Positions 50,201-63,630 of a DNA stretch of 64,000 nucleotides are shown here, in pieces (position 1 is the first letter of the stretch; each line of letters begins with the position of its first letter). The stretch spans positions 1,054,001-1,118,000 of the forward strand of contig CP110439.1 of NCBI GenBank assembly GCA_026914245.1. The letters are read 5' to 3'. The notes below the pieces were generated by a model that made no database searches, was not told where the DNA came from, and worked only from the letters and a program-made list of their open reading frames with translations. A program made the position numbers and the translations under genes. The stretch is from Puccinia triticina. Lineage: Eukaryota.

Positions 50201-52826
50201 TGTATCTACCTCATCTACAAATAAATGTGAAACGCCTAATAGTTGGGGATCGCTTGTGGCTAAACGCCTGAGCAGTACACCGCTTGTTGCAAACAACAAT
50301 TCTGTTCAAGATTGAATGAAATTAATGCACTTGTAGCTGCCAACAAATAGATAGCTTACTTGTGTGACGTCCACTCCTTTTCTCGCCTCGAATCACATAT
50401 CCCACGACTCCGTCTTTCTCGTCAATACTCTCGAGTCTTTCACTGGCAACACGCGTCGCGACTCCAATCGCGCTCACTCGACGTGGTTGGGTGCAAATGA
50501 TGTTGACTAAGCTACCTCGCCCCGCCTCGAATTCTGATTCTAGAACAAATTGAGGAAGCTGAGTAGTTTTTCCGCTACCGGTTTCACCAGCAACAACTAC
50601 AACGCGGATGACAGGATCTGACAGGGCCTTCAGAAACTCCGATCGACTTGACCATGCAGGAAGAGCCTGGCGATCTTTAAAGACTGACCCGTAGGCGGGG
50701 TTTGCGACCAAAGCGCACTGCTCCTTCATTAGACGGTGATCTGTTTCATGTATCCGCCTTAGCGGTTGTACGTTTGCTTGTTGCTTCGATTTGCTGCGAG
50801 GGTTAATCGAAGCCACTGCCGGGGGTGTAGATGCTGATTGGGGCAGTTGCTTCTCCATCACAAAGTTGTACATAACATCGGCGACATCCGGTGGTTCTTT
50901 GGCCAGAAGAGACCATGTTTCTTCAAGGAAGTTGACCATCTCAAAGATTACACCCCCTTCACCTTCATCCATCATGGAGCACCATCCGCTTGTTGGATCG
51001 GCAAATTGTTCGAGAGTTTTCTTCAGGAGAGCAAGTCTTAAGTATGAAGGAACAGTCGATGAGACGATGGAGAATGTGGGTATGCATGGTGTAGATGTCA
51101 AAGACGTGGCGGTAGGGTACAATGAGTATGTGTGAAATGAAATCCGTAGCCATAGATCCTCTTTCGCAGGCGATACAGACGATATCAAGATTTCGAAGTC
51201 AGTTCCAGGAGCGTCCTGTACCGTTCGATATCGGTCACCGCCGTAAATAGATTCTAAAGCTTCCATTTCTATCGCACGTTTCTGGTCTCTTGATTCAAGC
51301 ATTTTCTTCACTTCGTCGGTTTCCTGCATTGCTATATCGGCGTGCCTCAACGGACTATCAATATCCCAACCTGCGAGCCGGCGTGCCAAAGTTTCCAAAG
51401 CAATACTTTCCCGGGCTCCCACTGGACCATTGAGCGCGGTCGAGATCGCCTCTAAGGGAAAGCCATGTAGCCTATGAAGTCGCTCCACCATCCATCTTAT
51501 TTCCAAATCTTGTCCATTAGATCCTCCGCGTGCACCACTTGACATCGCGGTCACAAACGATGCGGATTTTTCGGTTGGGCGAAATCGGATAGGGAGATCA
51601 TCTTCCGGAACTACAACAGTCAAATATTGAAGCAGTGCATCGCGATCACTCGATCCTTGGAAACTTTTGAGCAGTGTGCGGGCTAACTGAGATGTCTTGT
51701 TGTTAGAGGCCGATTCCGAGGCATTACGAATCTTGGATAGATGATCTAGAGCTGTGGCGACGTGTCCTGGCCGGAATCCTATTTTGATTAATTCGTCGGA
51801 AAGTTGTTTGCTTTCAAGGGCAGACGGCTGGGGAATGTTTTGAATATGTAGTTGCGCGTTCTGGGATGTCGGCTCAGCTTCAGACATGTGGATACGAGTA
51901 AGAAGGCCTCTAATAATTTGCTCAATTCGATCTCGTAGTGTGTGGTCCATCTTGACCTCAGGTGCCAGAGACCAACACTTTGGGAGCGGTTTCTTCCCTT
52001 CGCCTGGGTTCCCGCCCTCTTGAGTAATCGTAGATTGTTCATGCTTCTGCTCTCGTACCTGTTGCCGCTTTTTGACTTCAACGGCAGCCTGGAAGGGATC
52101 AGTGTCGAATTCCCAATCTCGATGAGTGGGAGCCGTCTTTTTCTCCTGTTCAAGATTTACCCAGTAATCCTTTGGACCTGGCGGGAGCACGCGATGCAAA
52201 GGCATGTTGTTACAAAACTGGTACCAAAAAAGATATCAGCATCAGAAAGGTTGTTCAACCGCGATGTTTTCCAGGAAGACAAGCGAAAATCGGACGTGTA
52301 TTGGGAGCAGCGGATAATCCCACTGGTATCATGATTTCTGCACAAATAATTACCTACCCTGAAGAGGGCATAAGTTGCTGCCCAATGTTTCGCTTCCTCC
52401 GCTGTCGCTCGGTTGAGAGGTGGTCGAGGCTCCATTCGGACGGTATGCCTGACTGAGGCATCCTTTTTGTCTTTCTTTACCAGCGACACCACAGCTGTGA
52501 AACCTTCTGAATACCGTCTCTAATGTCAGAAAGTTCTTCATTTCAAGTCAGCCGGATTCGATAGCCTTGAGTTCGCAAGCGCATCTCGAATGAAGAAACA
52601 GTCAACACACAATATCGATTGAAGGTTTCTCCCAGTTGTTATGTCGGCATCGCTCGTGGAGAAGTTGGACGGGGGTTTTCGAGCCCGGTGGAAATAGAGG
52701 TGGGGGCCGGTCTTTGTCAGGTTCGGTCGGCGGAGCGGGAGCGGCTGATTTGGATGAGTTTCCGGCGTTTCCTGAACGAACGATGTGAGCCCGTTTTTTT
52801 GGTTTGCCGCCGGTTGAGGATGCCAT
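47211..52826 (-). CDS. DEAH-box RNA helicase, DHX57-like, with UBA/RWD-like N-terminal region; many introns
   Basis: GETGSGKTTQLPQF, CTQPRRVSAIGVATRVASER, VHERS, PLHSQL, VVATNIAETSITIPD, QRRGRAGR, PEILRTPLE, HPSS; EMEALESIYG RWD-like start. Confidence 0.9.
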
Positions 52827-53565
52827 AGCCTTCAGTCTCGGCCAGGGCTATATTGAGGGTGGTGACTGGAACGACTCGGACTTATTTACATGCCGCTCCA
52901 CAGATTTCAGATTGCACCACGCAGCTGACGCAACTCCTGTCACCGACCACCCGGGAGGAGGGCTCAAGAATTGTAGGTTTGGCACATATCCAAGCCCAAA
53001 AATCCCATCTCTTCCTGTGATTCCAGCGACAAAATCATTATCGACTGGATAAGAAGCAAAATGGTTGTCAAGTGACTTGCCAACTTAATACCAGACTCTG
53101 GTGCAGCCTGGCTGACGCGAAGTATGTACCCCTCGCGAAGCGAGCCTCCGCAAATCACTCTAACTTAACTGAGTCGACGGGCTCCGTCCCGCAGGGACCC
53201 TCGCATTGTCCAACTCGGCAAAAGACTCGACAGTACTTACATATATTCTCATTGAAAATACTCCAGAAATTGGTGGAGTTTTCGCAGATTACTAGACATG
53301 GATAAGCAAGATAAATAAAGATGTAAGACGAAAGTATATGGGAAGTGTTTATTTTTTACACGATTCTGAGGGGGGAATACAAGGAACGATTCTGAGGCCG
53401 GATTTTAGAGGAGGGTGTTTACACATGTTACTTTCCATTCCTCCATTTTTTGAATATGAGCTGTGAAGAAACTGTCGCAGGTGTGTCCCAGTTAGAAAAA
53501 AAGCACCTTATTGAAGGTGGATAGAAGTAGGACGAGAGCTAATTTTCCCGGAGTAATTTGATACT

Positions 53566-56500
53566 TTACAATCCGGGTTCGATAGTATCTAATGGTCCTA
53601 CTCGAGCCTTGCAGAGATCGTAGTTCTTCTGCGGTATCTGGAATTCTTTGATCGCATCCGGTTGCACAACCACAACACCCGCGAAACCTGGATATACATA
53701 TGCGCATTTTGTGATGGAACAAAATTCAGCATTAACTTCTCCGAAAAGCAACCTACATTTGTTGATGGATATTCAAACACGCACCAGCAGCTCTGTGGGC
53801 CATGGTCGATGTTTTTTTTGTGGAAAGCTGGAGTCAGTTTTGCTGAATGTAGGGAGAAATGGACTTGCGAATGAATCTGATTAATGGAATGATCGTACTA
53901 CTCACATGTGCCATCCGATGTGACAGTGCTGATGCAGTAGAAATTAGCAAACAAGATGGTGATGTGTAAAAATGTGCGACACGCAGAAACTTGGAAGTTG
54001 AAACTGGGACATACGACAATCCAAGCACCCGGAATATCAGCGCGAAGTCGAAGCACGGTGAATGAAGCTGGAGGCACAACAATTGTATCCCTGTAATTTC
54101 ACGACCAAATGTCATTAAGTCAGAACGGAAGATCAACAGTTTAAGTCGGCATGGAAAATTCGAATGGAACATCGTGCGAAATCACCGCATACCTTCGGAG
54201 GGGATTGACCGTATTATAAGTAACATTTGCAAGATTTGCAGGAGTAGGTAAGCCTTTCCCCTCTGCAACGATATGCATGTCCAGCGCGTGCTGATTGATG
54301 GGTAGGGCAACCATCAAGTCAGATTGGAATATATGTACTTCGACCGCCGTCTCAATGAAACACGAAATAATCATTACCAAGTGGTAAGGATGACTCCCCG
54401 CCGGGTCTATATTCGCCAGATAAAGATCGTACCAATCTGAGGTCGGATACTTAAAACAGGCGCGTGTAAATAAGCGGGCTGAGCTCGAATGAGTCCTCAA
54501 GTGTTTGAAACCTACTATAACATTGGCCACGTTGGAGTCATTGACAGCCCCCACACCGCCAGGTGTCAAATCATGTAGCACGGGTCGGTAAGGGTATGCT
54601 GTTAGGAGGGATCCAAATCAGTAAATGCACGTCGTTTCGTGCGAAGGCGATTTGCGTGGTTCAGGTCATAGTCTTCAGAAAGTAACTTACTGGCCCAGCT
54701 GATATTATTCAGAAAGAACTTCCCAATCGTCCCTACAGGAGTTGGAGGAGGCCCTCCTGTGCGGGTAACTCCTAGTGGACTGGTTCTATTCCCGCGGGGT
54801 AGATCGTCCTGGCCAACTAACACTTGTCTTCTACTCAAATCATGATTTGAAGCTTCAAAGTCACCTGCCTTCCAGAGACCTTGCACCGTTTTACTTCGCG
54901 CGTTGAGTAACGTGCGACTGGTCCGACTCCCGTTCCTCAAAAAGCTACCCAGGTCGTTTGATGTTTCAAGCTCTTCCGTTCGTGGATTAGTGGTTAGAGA
55001 CAAGCCGCTGGAATTGGCTTGTTGGGCTAATCTGACCGCTTCAGCACGTGTTATGTGTAGTGCAGTATTGTTGATAAATTGAAACCCGAAACCAGCCTTA
55101 AAGCCTCCAAAGCCTGCAACTGAAGTGGGGACGCTTTCTTGCAAAATAGGAACAAGACTACTGGTCGGCAGGTCGACACAGTCTCCTAAGATTTCGTCTG
55201 GCCAGTCCTGTGTCTGCGGTCGAGCAGTGGAGATTGTTTGTCTCTTGGATTCGCCATCAACAAGTCTGAGGATGCCAAACGCAGTGAGTTGAATATCGTC
55301 GGGAACCCTTCAAAATTGAGAACAATAAAAACGAAATTGTTAAGCCTGTGTAACTGGGTATCTGAATCTGAGAAGAATAAAAAACCATCCAAGCTTACCA
55401 GGCCCAGCAATCAGAATCCATAGTAGCTCTCAGGTAGAAGCTTCTGCCTGCGTCTTCTTTCTTTGTTTTGATTACTACGGAATACCTCTGTCCGTTGTGG
55501 AGCCAGACACGGTGCATAGCGGAAGCTATAATATCAGACAGATTAGTCAAAACGCGAGACAAGCCGTCCGGGGAACAGGAAAAGGATCAAAGACAGTGTA
55601 AGCACTGATGACCTGAACTTACGGCCATATACACCGGTTCCATCAGCTTCTGTTACGTTTAGGGTGTGCTCATCGACGGAGTAGAAGAACATAGCATGTA
55701 CGCCTGCGTTTACAAGGCGAAATCTTATCTTATCGCCGGCCTTGAAGGTGAATTCTGGCGGGGAGTGTATCTGTTCGCATTCCTGTGCTTTACTCGCTTG
55801 CGAGCAATTCCATTCACCGACTCCGTTAATTAGTGCAGAGTTAGCGCCGGGAGCAGCTGGCGTCCCAAAATAACCCGCTTCGCTCAGCATGTGCTCAACA
55901 ATATCGGTCGAAGTGCTGATGAAGACAGAAAAACCCAACAAGATCAACTGTCCTGCAGACCATGGATGCAATTTCAAGGAAGATGCTGTAAATACTCAAC
56001 TTGTGATACCAATCCGCTAGCATCAAAACGACCTCTTGATCAAAATCAATGTGCCTCTTGAGTGGATCTCGTGGCGAATGGATGATTAATGGGCCATTTA
56101 TCCCGTCGGCCATCAAATTCTGGTGGTGAGAACTAAAACCAATCACATGAGCGCCGTTGTCGGTGAGGAAGAAAAAGTGTTTCCCAACTCACTGATACCC
56201 TGTGCGCCGGCATAGTAGGATGCGATGTTACATGATAAGAAACAACAGATTTTGTGGTTAGTCCCAAGTTTTCTTCTGATTTTAACTTTGTTCGACCGGT
56301 AGTAGATGGATGCAGGCTATTGATGCTCACAGAACGTTCCGAACCTAGATGACCAAAAAAATTCATGTGAAGACATTTTTCAGTATCAATACCATTGGCA
56401 TTTTTGTCCTTGGCACAACTCAAAAACATCGAAACTCAACTGTCCATGCAAGCTAAACTCGTAAGTGAAACTTCCCCCATCGGGAGGGATAGGGCATTGG

Positions 56501-57340
56501 GTTACGCCTAGGAAAAAGCAGAGCAATCTTTCTAAACCAGGCGAGAGGAATTAAACGTTTCTTTTGATTCTGCCAAGTTTGCATATACTTACCAGTCACA
56601 CCGTCTTCCCAGCTAAGAAAAAAGAGTCAGTAACGGGGTTCCCTTCTCGGGGTTTCAACGCAAAACAGGTATAATATCACTCAACTTTGTTCCATTCTAT
56701 TTGCATTCACAGACGCAAGAGATGTTATACATACGATCGAAATTATGCGGATTCGAGATTCACGTAGAAAGGATAGGTTGGGATGTATAAAGGCCATGAA
56801 TAAAGCTTGTATTAGCAAGTCTGGTTTAAAACTTTACGCAACTGCCAAACAAAATCGCATAAATTATAATGCAAGTTTGAATACTCGCCTGATAGAGACC
56901 ATGCCAATGTAAGGTCAATCCAACTGACATCTGATTTATTACGGTGATCTCCAATCGATCACCTTCATTTGCCTGGGATTAGGCCAAAACCCGAAGTTTA
57001 TTACAGTTAGAACAGCCTTATAATCAACGACTAGCTTCCGGGTAGATTCCACAAATACGCGCCCACAAACCTGTATCAGGGGACCAGGTATTTGACCATT
57101 TATGGCCAACACCGGTCGCAGGAAGCCATCCAAAGCAGCTGTAGTCTCAGTGACATGAAAGGTGTATTTGCGTGTTTTCGGTTTGGCGTTAATGTCGAAG
57201 TGTGGACTTAAGATATATTGATGGGGATGGGCTGAAGCCGCTGGAGCATACTGAGAAGGCCTAAGCGGTGACGCGTTGATGATGGCAACAGCGTAATAGA
57301 AAAGGAAGAACAAAATGGGCGAAGAGGGACGAGTCCACAT
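53566..57340 (-). CDS. Secreted laccase / multicopper oxidase (AA1), many short exons
   Basis: Signal peptide, INGQIPGPLI, HWHG (~56900), spliced FGTFWYHSH, HPYHL|H and spliced HCHIGWHIAAGF copper-binding motifs. Confidence 0.92.
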
Positions 57341-59122
57341 CCTCAGATATGTATTCTATTACTTTTAAGTTTTTCCTTCGGCGGGTTGGGATGATCAGGA
57401 CAGCACAGGTCAGCGAGTAATAGCCAATCGCCTAGATAGTTTCGAACAAGATTTTAGCTCCGATATTTATATCGCTACTATTCTCTGGCGACTGGGCCGG
57501 AAGGTGATCGTTGGGATCACCGAGGAAAGAAAAGAAGCAAACAGTTGTAAGATTGTTTGGCGCTTGCTGCAGTATCCTATGCTGAACGGGGGTTGGAATG
57601 AGTATTGTACCAGATGGAAGACTATTATTATTTAATGCTATCTCTGGTGCAAAACAACTAGAGAAGAGGATGAGTTGGGTGCATTTATACGCGTCTCTCA
57701 AGCACCTTTGGCTGCTGGTTCTATGACTCCGCCAGCAACTCCGCCCGAACTATGAATTTCTCTCTCCTTTCCGCCAGCCAAGCCGGCGAGTCTGGCCATG
57801 GCTGGAGGCGAGTCTGGCCCTGCCAGTCGATCATCAGGGAAACAGCGTTCATTCTAAAAATGAATGCGGTGGAGGGCGCGTCACGATGTGTGGTTTAAGC
57901 CGGGTGCTGGCCAGCTTGCATGACTGAGGAGGCGATGGTATGCATCAACGGCCAACCAGATCCGGGTCCTGTGAAATCCGGGAGTTCCCGTTCCGATACA
58001 TATTTACTCGATCATTCGGAATATCTGTTTACACAGCTCTGCAGCTTGACCAAGTATGATGGTATAGCTTTACTCTACTTCTTGTTCTTCTCGGCTATCC
58101 AAGTCCAAATGAAAAGGGGAAACTTAAAGACCAGTTTTGTGGAAAAAGTGCAACTCGCAAAAATGAAAAGAACGAAGAAAAAAACCTGCGCAAGGGAGAG
58201 AAGCAATGCCTTTGTCACTTGTGGATCCGATATGCACGTTTGGAATTCCACCGGATCTCAGTGCCGGCCACACGCGGCAGGACAGCGTGCAATCTTTTCT
58301 TGAAAATAATACAAGGCAACAGCTCACTTCATTTCAATTGAGATGAGATTGATTTCTAGGGGGGAGCGCACTGCAAGGTCAAGTCGTCTGACTGTCGCAC
58401 AATCGAGCCATTTCATCATAAGCTTGGAGGTTGGCCCTGCGGGACTGAAGAGGGGGAAGGGTGAACAATGATGATGATATGATCAAATCGGTGTCACCGT
58501 TGTGTCTTGTTTCTCGAACACCGCCTGATATGTATAAAAATTTAGAGCGGCCTTCGTGTTTTGGGGCAAACCTGGGCAGACAAGCATACTCAAGCTTCAA
58601 CCTTCCCACTTTTCGAGTGGGAAGGTGAGTTATTTTATTGAAAAAAAGGAAACATCAACCGGAGACCCCGAAAGTCCGAGGAGGACATCCTCCGATTGGT
58701 CACAAGCATCCAAGCTGGTTCAAGAGTGATCTGATCCAACAAAGGATCCGATGGAAATGCTGATGAGGTTTTGCCTGAGATCCCCGGTCATGGTGCATAT
58801 TTGTCAGCCGGCCGGCACGATGGCCGCGAAGGGGCAAGATCAGCTTATTCTGAGATAGCGCCTTGAAAGTTCGATCCGCCTGATCATCTCCATAATTCAT
58901 CCCTCCGAAAGACCACAGGGCTGTGATGGGTTGACTGAAGTTTGACCTGGAAAAATATTGACAAATAGACTTCAACGATTGCCTGACTCTGAGATTAGGC
59001 CGGTGCAGCGTTCTCTCAAGTAATAAATATTTGGATCATGACAGCAGTGAACACCCGTGTCAACGCCTTCTCAACTACACAGCCGGGGGGATCGGCTGAT
59101 GTCGCTGCGTCGATCCCATCAC

Positions 59123-60261
59123 AGGACCCTGGAAACCCCCTATAGAGGTGGGTAACCAAAAATCCAAGATTTGGCCGAAATTCATACATTTTCACAAGGC
59201 ATTCATACCGGTTTGGTGCGTAGCCTCAGGGCTCTGCCCAAAAATCCATACAAATTTGGTGCGTACCCTTTTTTTTGGCCCAGAAACCCCACAGCGGGCC
59301 TTTTTGCGCAGCCAGCTTGCCGTTCTTTTCACTGCATAGCATTTTATAGGCAGCTGTAGCATTTTAAGTCAAAAAAAAATGAAAAACAAATAGATTAAAA
59401 ACCAAAAAAGATCAATTGTGACTGTTTTAATTGGGAGCTTTTCCGCATTCCAAGAGGGATGACCAAGAGCTTTCTTCAAGTACTCAAGCACAACTTCAAT
59501 GCCAAAATTTCCACACCTGAGATTTTATTTGCAGTTTTCAACACCAAAGACCACATCCATGCTTTTATTCATAACATACCATATTCTCTCATCTTCAGGG
59601 ATATTTGCAGGAGAGCTAAACTGCCAAAAGATTAAGTCATTTTGTGTTCCGCGAGGTATCTGTGAATCTGATAGAGAGATTGAGAAGAATTTGTCAAACA
59701 GATCTGGAACAATAGTATTGACCAACATTTTTACAAAGATGAATTGAACTTTGGATTTTTTTCTGGAGATTGAAATGAAGGGATATGCAATGAAATGAGC
59801 TGGACCAGGCTGGAGATAATTCTGAACAAGTCCAGATGAGCTCTGATTTGCTCTGATGAGCCCGGACATGTTTCTACCTTTTTGAGAATTAGCTGGAATT
59901 TCTGTGTATTCAAGTAGAATCTAGATTAAACAGGATTAAGCCGGCTACTAGTTGTGGGCTCTCAGACCCCCTAGAACCCCTCCTCCTTGCCAGCGGGCAG
60001 TTGAAAAAAACAAATTGTTGACTGGCCTTGGGGGGGGGGGGGGGGGGGGGTTGCCGGGGTGCTTTTCTGCTCAACCCTGAACTTTCATACAATCTTTGTT
60101 ACCAACCCCCCAAGCCCATGAGAAAAAAAGTACATTTTCCGTGCGTACCCTCATGCCAAAAAAAGGCCATTCATACATATTTGGTGAGTACCCTTTTTGG
60201 TTTTGGCCAAAAAATTCATACATTTTGGTTACCCACCTCTATAGGGGGTTTCCAGGGTCCT
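59123..60261. mobile_element. Non-autonomous TIR DNA transposon, 1139 bp, 8-bp TSD CCCATCAC
   Basis: 39-bp perfect TIR AGGACCCTGGAAACCCCCTATAGAGGTGGGTAACCAAAA. CCCATCAC at 59115-59122 and 60262-60269. Confidence 0.88.
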
Positions 60262-62518
60262 CCCATCACCCTCGAGCCACTGGGACGGTACGGGGCGCCA
60301 TCATGACCAAAGGTTCTAGAGGCGCCACAAAGCGCCTGTGGGCGCCCCCAGATATTACGGCGCCTTGGGGTACACCACGGGCAAGGTTTTAAAGTTTACA
60401 TCCAGTAAATTTACTGGATGGTACAAAAAACTGAAAACCACCCGGAATCATTCTGGTATGGTCAAAGGACCAAAAACCAATCGGAATACTTCTGGTATGG
60501 TAAAAGGACCGGAATCATTCCAATCACAATTTGGGTTAAAACCAAACCCCCAAAAAAAGGGTCGCATTGGAACAAAGTCGAAAACGTTTCGACTTCATTC
60601 CAGGAAATACACACTGGAATCTCTTTCCTGGATTTTTCCTGGAAAACTTCTGTACATGACCAATCAAGCCTCGCAGATGCAGGCTCATAAGCACAAATCA
60701 CGCCTGGCTCCACATGGCTTGTTTAGCGATGTAGTGGTGAAGGAGTTCCGGTGAAGGTAGATCAGCAACATGTTGCTGGTTCAAGCCTCCCTTTTGGCTG
60801 GGTGAATTTTGTGGCCCCCATTTTGAGCCAATCACCACCCGTCACAGCCCGTAACCATTCCAAATTGCACACAAAAGCAATTCGGAAGTGTTTTACAGCA
60901 ACCAGTCGCTTTCAGGAGGACAACCCCCCCCCCCCCCCCAGGACTTCTGAACACTCACGAGGCAAAGGCAAGCCTTATCACCTTCCTGCAGCAAGCCATG
61001 GTCAAGCACAACCGGACTCACATGCGGAACTTGGTACGTTTGCTCCCTTTTTTTAGTTAGATTGCGCTAACCCAGCCTTTTTTTTTTGCCTGGCCTCTCC
61101 GCGGACAGCTTCTGATGAATGTTTGGCAAGAACCCAAGTACGAGAGCTGGGGCTGACCCCCAAGCTGTTTGAACTAGTTGTGCAAATAGATTGCCAGTTT
61201 CAACCCCGAACAGCGCTGTGAATCGCCGACAATACTTGAACCAAACTTAATTCTCAACCACAACTCAACTCGCCGCTTGTGCACTATGAACCCAGAGATA
61301 TGCGGTCCCAGTGGGACCTGATTGATGACCATTTGGAGGTGTTGCAGGAGAAGTTGTATCTGTAAATACAAGCGTGAGTAGCTCAGTTCTTCATATCACC
61401 AGCCCCTTCGAGCCCCTTTATGTATACTAATAAATCTGGGAACTGTGACTTAGGCATGGCCTGCTCATTTTGCGCAGGGACTGGGAGCTATTCCCCGGCA
61501 ATCTCATGTTTACCAACGTTCCGATTGAACTGGTGCAGATCCCAAACCCTCTCTAAACCAATGTGGAGGCCCGGGCAATGATGGCCCAACTCAGACCCAA
61601 TCCGACAAACAACAAGGTCCATGCTCTTGTGATGAGAGAAGTTCCCCTTGCCAATTAGAACAGGCGATCTCATTGCGTTTGGTTCAAGTGATTTCCTCAT
61701 CTATACCACCCTTGATTCATCTCTTCTTTTCTTACTTCTCATTAATCATTACTCAAAAAAAAAGCCAAAAAATGAAAACAAAAAAAAGTAGAAAAAACTG
61801 TATTAAAGCCTAAAAAAAAGTTTAAAATGCAATAAAAACCCAAAAAAATCCCTGGTGGCCTGTGTTTCTTCACCTGACTTTGCTCAGTGTGTCAAGTGAG
61901 GTTCCTGGTGCAGAGTGAGCTGAAAACAATCAAAAATGATCAATGAGGAGGTGTGGCCAGCTGATGAGCTGGGACAAGCCAATATTTCGCTTCGGGGAGG
62001 GGTGATGGAACAGCAAATAGCCGTTGAATAGGGTCAAATGAACCTGACCCCCGGTCTGCTGAGGCTTGGGTTGGGCGGCCAATTTGCCCTTGCGGTCGGT
62101 CAACCCTTAAGTTTGCCCGTGGTTTGACTTGATGCGGATAGGTGGGGTGGTTGCAATGTTGACGGGGTCTTTGCCGGCTGACCGGAGGTCTGTTTTTCAA
62201 CGGTCAAAGCTTGCTGGGCAAGGTACGTCAAATTGACCTCCTAACTTCCACCCTTTTTGCCGGCCTCCCGCAACCACCGTGCAGGGTTCCTGGAATTTTC
62301 CAGTGGAAACGCCGACCGTCTGGCAACGGTCCCCACTTGCAGGCAGACCAACCATAATGGTTGGAAATAGAAATAATTTTGTTGAGCTTTGCCCGTGGTG
62401 TACCCTTCTGGGGCGTCGTGGATCCCCACGTCCCAATGGCGCCAAGGACCTGGCCCAATACCCGCGCATACTAGTACTACCCAAAAGCACTACACCACCG
62501 GGCAATCTTGCAATGAAA

Positions 62519-62788
62519 CTAGCTCAACGAACGAGGATGGTGAGTACGTGCGTGGAAGGATAAGTTTCATTGCAATGACAAGAGAAAAGAAAAAGAAAAA
62601 GGAAAAGACTCACCTAGCTCAACGGACGAGGATGGTGAGTACGTGCGTGGAAGGATAAGTTTCATTGCAATGACAAGAGAAAAGAAAAAGAAAAAGGAAA
62701 AGACTCACCTAGCTCAACGGACGAGGATGGTGAGTACGTGCGTGGAAGGATGAGGAAAGGGAACTTCCACGCACTTCCGTTGAGCTAG
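62519..62788 (-). repeat. 95-bp tandem repeat (~2.4 copies) plus terminal inverted copy; LTR-like
   Basis: Units start at 62519, 62614 and 62709 (CTAGCTCAACG.ACGAGGATGGTGAGTACGTGCGTGGAAGGAT). Inverted TTCCACGCAC..CCGTTGAGCTAG at 62765-62788. Confidence 0.85.
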
Positions 62789-63630
62789 ATGCCTACATAC
62801 AACATGTCACAGAAATGAAGAAAGACAAGTGAAAGGTTGGAAGCACACAGGACAAAGAAAAACAGGAAAGAAAAGAAAACAGAACCGCAACAGGCAACTG
62901 GGACATTGGCCCAACGTGTGCTTGGATGGTTGGGCTAACCAAACACTCTGGCTTGGTGACCAACGTGGGTCCACTGCAACCACAACATCCCCAAAGCGGA
63001 ATGGTGGGTCAAACGTTGGCACAACGGAGTCCCCCACCTTCACCCAACCATGTCCCAATTGTGACATTGCAGCTGTGCAGCCTGCTACCGGACAAAAAGT
63101 GTGGGTTGAACCCACAACCTCACCGCTATCCAAGGGTGTAAGCAAGGAGATTATCTGTTGCAACCAGGATAGAGCTAGCCTTTTGCGTACAAACTAGCCC
63201 AATTTCAGCCAATTGGCTGAATGTTTGAGGCTCTGCGCGAAGTCAAGGTGATTGGATGCCCCGATCATGCAGATCGTGGATTGGCTGGATAAACCAATCC
63301 CGTCCTGAAGAAATCTTGCAATGAGCACGAGCAGAGCAGAGGCGACTCCAACAAGAAACATTAGCCTCCACCCGAATCCGCGAACCTGCAGTAGCTGACC
63401 GACCCGGCGGGACTGAAGACTCAACCCTCGACGCTGTCAATATCAACCCCGCCACAAACCGTTTCGACATTCCACTGGTGGTTGGATCAGCACCAGCGTC
63501 CCTTCCATCAGGCCTGCAAATCTCCCCTACACATTATCCTCAAGAACCATCAGTCAACCCCTCCCTATTGATCCCCTCTTCTCCGAGTCCTCCCAAAGAC
63601 ATCCAACCAAAAAATCCCCCCAATAAGGAA

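Noticed and set aside
60274..62505. ~2.2-kb TIR element suggested by inverted TTGCCCGTGGTGTACCC (~60369 / ~62389)
   Set aside because: Only short patchy similarity; ends and TSD could not be defined.
62519..62752. CRISPR-like repeat-spacer array
   Set aside because: The spacers are identical, so it is a plain tandem repeat. Eukaryotic context and no cas genes.
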